The notes beneath the pieces were generated by a model, which saw only the letters and a program-made list of their open reading frames with translations, was not told the origin of the DNA and made no database searches. From positions 1,953 through 65,952 of the forward strand of contig JBJLBJ010000022.1 in the NCBI GenBank assembly GCA_045568235.1: DNA of 64,000 bases, written 5' to 3'. The position numbers and the translations under genes are program-made. Positions 60,701-64,000 of this stretch are shown here, piece after piece. This stretch comes from Candidatus Thalassarchaeaceae archaeon. Lineage in GTDB: Archaea; Thermoplasmatota; Poseidoniia; Poseidoniales; Thalassarchaeaceae. Numbering within the stretch: position 1 is the stretch's first letter; the number at the start of each line of letters is the position of its first letter.

Positions 60701-61855
60701 TTATTTAATTTCAAATTCTCCAATCTTTATCTTTTCCTGACCTTTATCAATGACACCTTCAAAGCCATCCTTAGAACCATCTTTATAATTTACAGTTACC
60801 TCATAATTTGTAGATTCATCACCTTCGGTTGTTTCATATTCCTCGATAAATAAATTATACTTTCCCTCTATAGGACTGTTTAGTTTAATTGATTGTTTAT
60901 TGGCCATTTTATCCATATCAAATACTATATTTTTATCCTTTCCAATATCTAAGAAAGAAATTATTTGTCCATTTGGTTGTTCTAAACTTAGTCCAAGATC
61001 ATTAGAAGAATCCAATGACATTTCGATCATAGTGCTATTCATCACAGAATCATCCTTTTCCAACTCTTGTATATTTTCATCTTCCAAAACCAATTCTTTA
61101 GGCTTTGAATCTCCACTCTGCATTTCTGCAATAGCGAATTTGGCAATGAATAATAACTCATTATTTATTTTATTATGCTTAATCTTTCCTTCGTATACCT
61201 TTTGACTGGTTCCTATAGTTACCCTGACTTTGAAATCTGTCTCATTTTTTAGTATGAAATTTGATATTATAGGAATTTTGGATAAAAATCTATTTTTATG
61301 TTGTATTTTATAATGCCTCACTCCAACCCTGTATGTTCCTGAAGGAGGCGTTTTGGTCCATACTACATTTTCTACAGGGGTTTTAGAAGTTGGCTTAAAA
61401 TTCATATCTAAGTCCAATTCCCCTCCACATGCAGATTTTCTATTATCATGGAAAATATGTTCTCCTGAGGGAGTAATTACATGTAAATCTAAATCATTCC
61501 AATTATTCCATAATAGGCTGATTTGTACCGACCCTCTTTTTGCACCCTCTCTTTCTAATCTTTCGCTAAAAGCAGAAACTCCTTCTTCACTAATTACAGC
61601 TTCCTGAATTCCTTCTCCTAAAATTCCCCCTCCTTCTCCTAAACCATCAGAGGGTATGGAAATATCTGAACGATCAGATCTTCTCCCACTTCGCCTCCTA
61701 TTTCTCAATTGCACAGATTCAGATTCAAATTCAGGCAAATTTACTTCTGTTGGAGGCAAAATGGTTCTTCTTCTACTCCCAAATAATATTCTGTATACGC
61801 CTTGAAAAAATAAACCGATTATCGTCACGACGATGACAAGCGAAACAACGTCCAC
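60701..61855 (-). CDS. Membrane-anchored protein with YfaP/DUF2135-like domain(s)
   Basis: N-terminal TM; QISLLW...DLDLHVITPSGE...GELDLDMN...ENVVW...GTYRVGVRHY; a second degenerate copy follows. Confidence 0.7.
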   Translation of the reverse strand: MDVVSLVIVVTIIGLFFQGVYRILFGSRRRTILPPTEVNLPEFESESVQLRNRRRSGRRSDRSDISIPSDGLGEGGGILGEGIQEAVISEEGVSAFSERLEREGAKRGSVQISLLWNNWNDLDLHVITPSGEHIFHDNRKSACGGELDLDMNFKPTSKTPVENVVWTKTPPSGTYRVGVRHYKIQHKNRFLSKIPIISNFILKNETDFKVRVTIGTSQKVYEGKIKHNKINNELLFIAKFAIAEMQSGDSKPKELVLEDENIQELEKDDSVMNSTMIEMSLDSSNDLGLSLEQPNGQIISFLDIGKDKNIVFDMDKMANKQSIKLNSPIEGKYNLFIEEYETTEGDESTNYEVTVNYKDGSKDGFEGVIDKGQEKIKIGEFEIK

Positions 61856-62032
61856 AGTTCTGAACCTGTGCCCCGTCTTTTCATAACATCGGTTAAATTA
61901 ACTACTTTAGACGTGTCAAATCAATTTTATAACCGTGTATTTCATATCCGAGTCAACCTCCCTCTACATTCGGGCGGATAGCCATTAGGCTACACAGATT
62001 TGTAGAAGTATACTTTTTGGGGATAAGATATT

Positions 62033-64000
62033 ATGAAGGTTAAAGCAATTTTAATAGTCACTATCATGGTTCTTTCAATTTTGCCTTATACTCCGGAAGC
62101 GATGTTAAAATCTAACAAAGAACCTTCATTTCAAGCTTCAAACGCAGATGTTGCAGTAACTCAATTAGATATAACTACACCCTCTGTATACGTAGGGGCT
62201 GTACCCACAGTTTCTCCTATGAATCATATAATTCGAGTTACAATAGTAAATTTCGGGGGCTCTGATGCAGAAGGTACTCTTTCCCTAATCGTTGATGACG
62301 GCTCAGGCCCCTCGGAAGTAGACAGTCGGGATATTTCAATTTCTTCTGGATGGACATCTAATCATGTAATGTATTGGAATGCAACCAATTCACCCTCTGG
62401 CTCTTCTTTAAATGCCTCATGGACAAATGACCCCTCATCCACGGACTCTGATTCTAGCAATAATCATTTAATTTTGTCCAATATAGATGTACTTGATGTC
62501 CAAAGTGCTACTCACGTTGCAGATACTCTGCCGAATAATGGCGATGTATTAGCAAAAGGACTCTGGTCTGGAACAATTTCAATGGTAAATTCAGGTACGA
62601 TACCTGTTGACGTAACTGCAGACTTGTCACTTACTTCTGCAATTGGAGGTGACGTTACTCCAATTACATCAACAACGACACAACTCCCTGTTGGAAGCCT
62701 TTCCAGCCCTGCTTTACTTACAAATATAGAAATTTCATTTGATGGAACGCCTTTGGAAGGAGAATATATTATATCGGGGGAAATCCAAGTTACTGGCGCA
62801 TTATCTGGGACTTCTACTATAAGTATCTCAGATATTTCAGTTACCTTTGATTTTTCAAATGCAGTACTATCAACCCCAATTGATAGAAATGTAGATCCTG
62901 GAGAATGGACAAACATATCTTTCCTTCTACAAAATGCTGGTAGTTTAACCGAAACCTTTGTCGTTTCGCACACAAATGTAAGTGGTTGGGTACAAGCACC
63001 ATCAGTACTCCATGCGGTTTCATCCCCCCTAAGTCTTGCATCAGGAGCATCAACAGTTATTACAATTCCAGTACAAGTTCCACCAGATGCTGACATTAGT
63101 GATTCCGAGATGGTAACCTTATCCGTATTATCCCAAAGTAACAATTTACTTTTGGAAAGTACTGTAATCGTAATGGCGGGAGAATTATTTCAGGGTACAA
63201 TTACTCAAAACAGTTCTCATACAAGTGGAGTAGATCATTTCAATGTCGAGCCAGGTGGCGAAAGTTTCACTCATGAATATATATTAAATAACACAGGCAC
63301 AGCTCCTGCTCAGTATGAAATTAATGTTGCAATGTTAGAGGCAGTTCCTTATTGGACAATAATCTCTCCTGTTACTATAACAAATATTTTATTACCTGGA
63401 GAGAATATCACAATTCCTGTAACATTCATTCTTCCTGATATGGAAATACCTTTACAATCGGCTTTGAAAATAAATGCAGATTTGGAATTAACTTTCAGAG
63501 TACAAGCAATACCATTATCTGGTGGTTTGGATGTTATTGCCACAACTTCTATACATGTTTTACCTAAAGTAGAAATCGATTTTGAATTATTAGATGATAA
63601 TGATGAACCTTTGGATGCAGACTGTCCACTAAATATTGCATTTGAAGTTTGTTTAGAAGATGTTACATCAGAAGAAATAACTTCCTTATCAGTTAATAGA
63701 GCATTGAAGTTTAGAGTTCAAGCTAAAAATAATTTAGCTTCAGAAACAGATGGTACAGCACAAATTAGTTTAGTTCAGAAACTTTTAGTTCATGACCCAT
63801 TTACTACCGGGGCAGCACAATATGAAGAAGAAAGATGGACAATCGGACTCAGCCCTTCAACAATGAGTTTGGGGGTTGGAGCAACTGGATATGGAGTGAT
63901 AACCATGCGACACACTTCTAATGTAAATTTTCCATATCCAGCCGCAGGAGAACTGAGTTTTACTGTAGCCGCCGAAACTACCTTCACTCTTGGTAATTAT
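62033..64000 (+). CDS. Partial (3'-truncated) large secreted/surface protein with CARDB/NEW3 Ig-like repeats; absent from the ORF track
   Basis: ATG at 62033 gives MKVKAILIVTIMVLSILP (signal peptide), ADVAVTQL...VTIVNFGG...DSDSSNN, VDPGEWTNISFLLQNAG; frame is open at the window end. Confidence 0.85.
   Translation, partial: MKVKAILIVTIMVLSILPYTPEAMLKSNKEPSFQASNADVAVTQLDITTPSVYVGAVPTVSPMNHIIRVTIVNFGGSDAEGTLSLIVDDGSGPSEVDSRDISISSGWTSNHVMYWNATNSPSGSSLNASWTNDPSSTDSDSSNNHLILSNIDVLDVQSATHVADTLPNNGDVLAKGLWSGTISMVNSGTIPVDVTADLSLTSAIGGDVTPITSTTTQLPVGSLSSPALLTNIEISFDGTPLEGEYIISGEIQVTGALSGTSTISISDISVTFDFSNAVLSTPIDRNVDPGEWTNISFLLQNAGSLTETFVVSHTNVSGWVQAPSVLHAVSSPLSLASGASTVITIPVQVPPDADISDSEMVTLSVLSQSNNLLLESTVIVMAGELFQGTITQNSSHTSGVDHFNVEPGGESFTHEYILNNTGTAPAQYEINVAMLEAVPYWTIISPVTITNILLPGENITIPVTFILPDMEIPLQSALKINADLELTFRVQAIPLSGGLDVIATTSIHVLPKVEIDFELLDDNDEPLDADCPLNIAFEVCLEDVTSEEITSLSVNRALKFRVQAKNNLASETDGTAQISLVQKLLVHDPFTTGAAQYEEERWTIGLSPSTMSLGVGATGYGVITMRHTSNVNFPYPAAGELSFTVAAETTFTLGNY

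Noticed and set aside
657..63987. Many short antisense or nested ORFs in the track (e.g. 16270-16908, 46311-46877, 62512-63144)
   Set aside because: They are shadows of well-supported genes on the other strand or frame and carry no motifs of their own.
1..64000. CRISPR array, IS/transposase, provirus, rRNA
   Set aside because: No regularly spaced repeats, transposase/integrase/capsid motifs or long GC-rich non-coding tract; the window is almost fully coding.

Overview
AT-rich archaeal chromosomal window (TFB, topo VI A/B, PriL, prefoldin alpha, L18Ae, Pcc1, archaeal phosphopantothenate synthetase, MptE). The mix of archaeal core genes, bacterial-type genes (uvrA, cysD/cysNC, icd, nrdJ, rlmH, ABC-F, acyltransferase) and giant Ig-repeat surface proteins suggests Marine Group II Euryarchaeota (Poseidoniales); this is an inference. 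About 52 CDS and one tRNA-Arg(CCT); no CRISPR, rRNA or mobile element seen. Top leads: (1) a 1723-aa membrane-anchored surface protein with a seven-bladed beta-propeller, a MIDAS vWA domain inserted into one blade, an Ig-like stalk, one TM helix and a short tail, i.e. an integrin-alpha-like layout in an archaeon; (2) a 1131-aa helical-repeat protein with an intact C-terminal PIN nuclease; (3) a split sulfation system (cysQ-cysD-cysNC inserted in the L18Ae-prefoldin-ftsY cluster, plus two sulfotransferases and a GT2); (4) candidate cis-regulatory elements upstream of nrdJ, top6B and tfb; (5) a pseudo-receiver, a degenerate SdhA/NadB-like flavoprotein, a GC-shifted MMPL gene and apparent intragenic gene conversion in the ABC-F gene. 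All calls come from reading motifs by eye; no searches were run.
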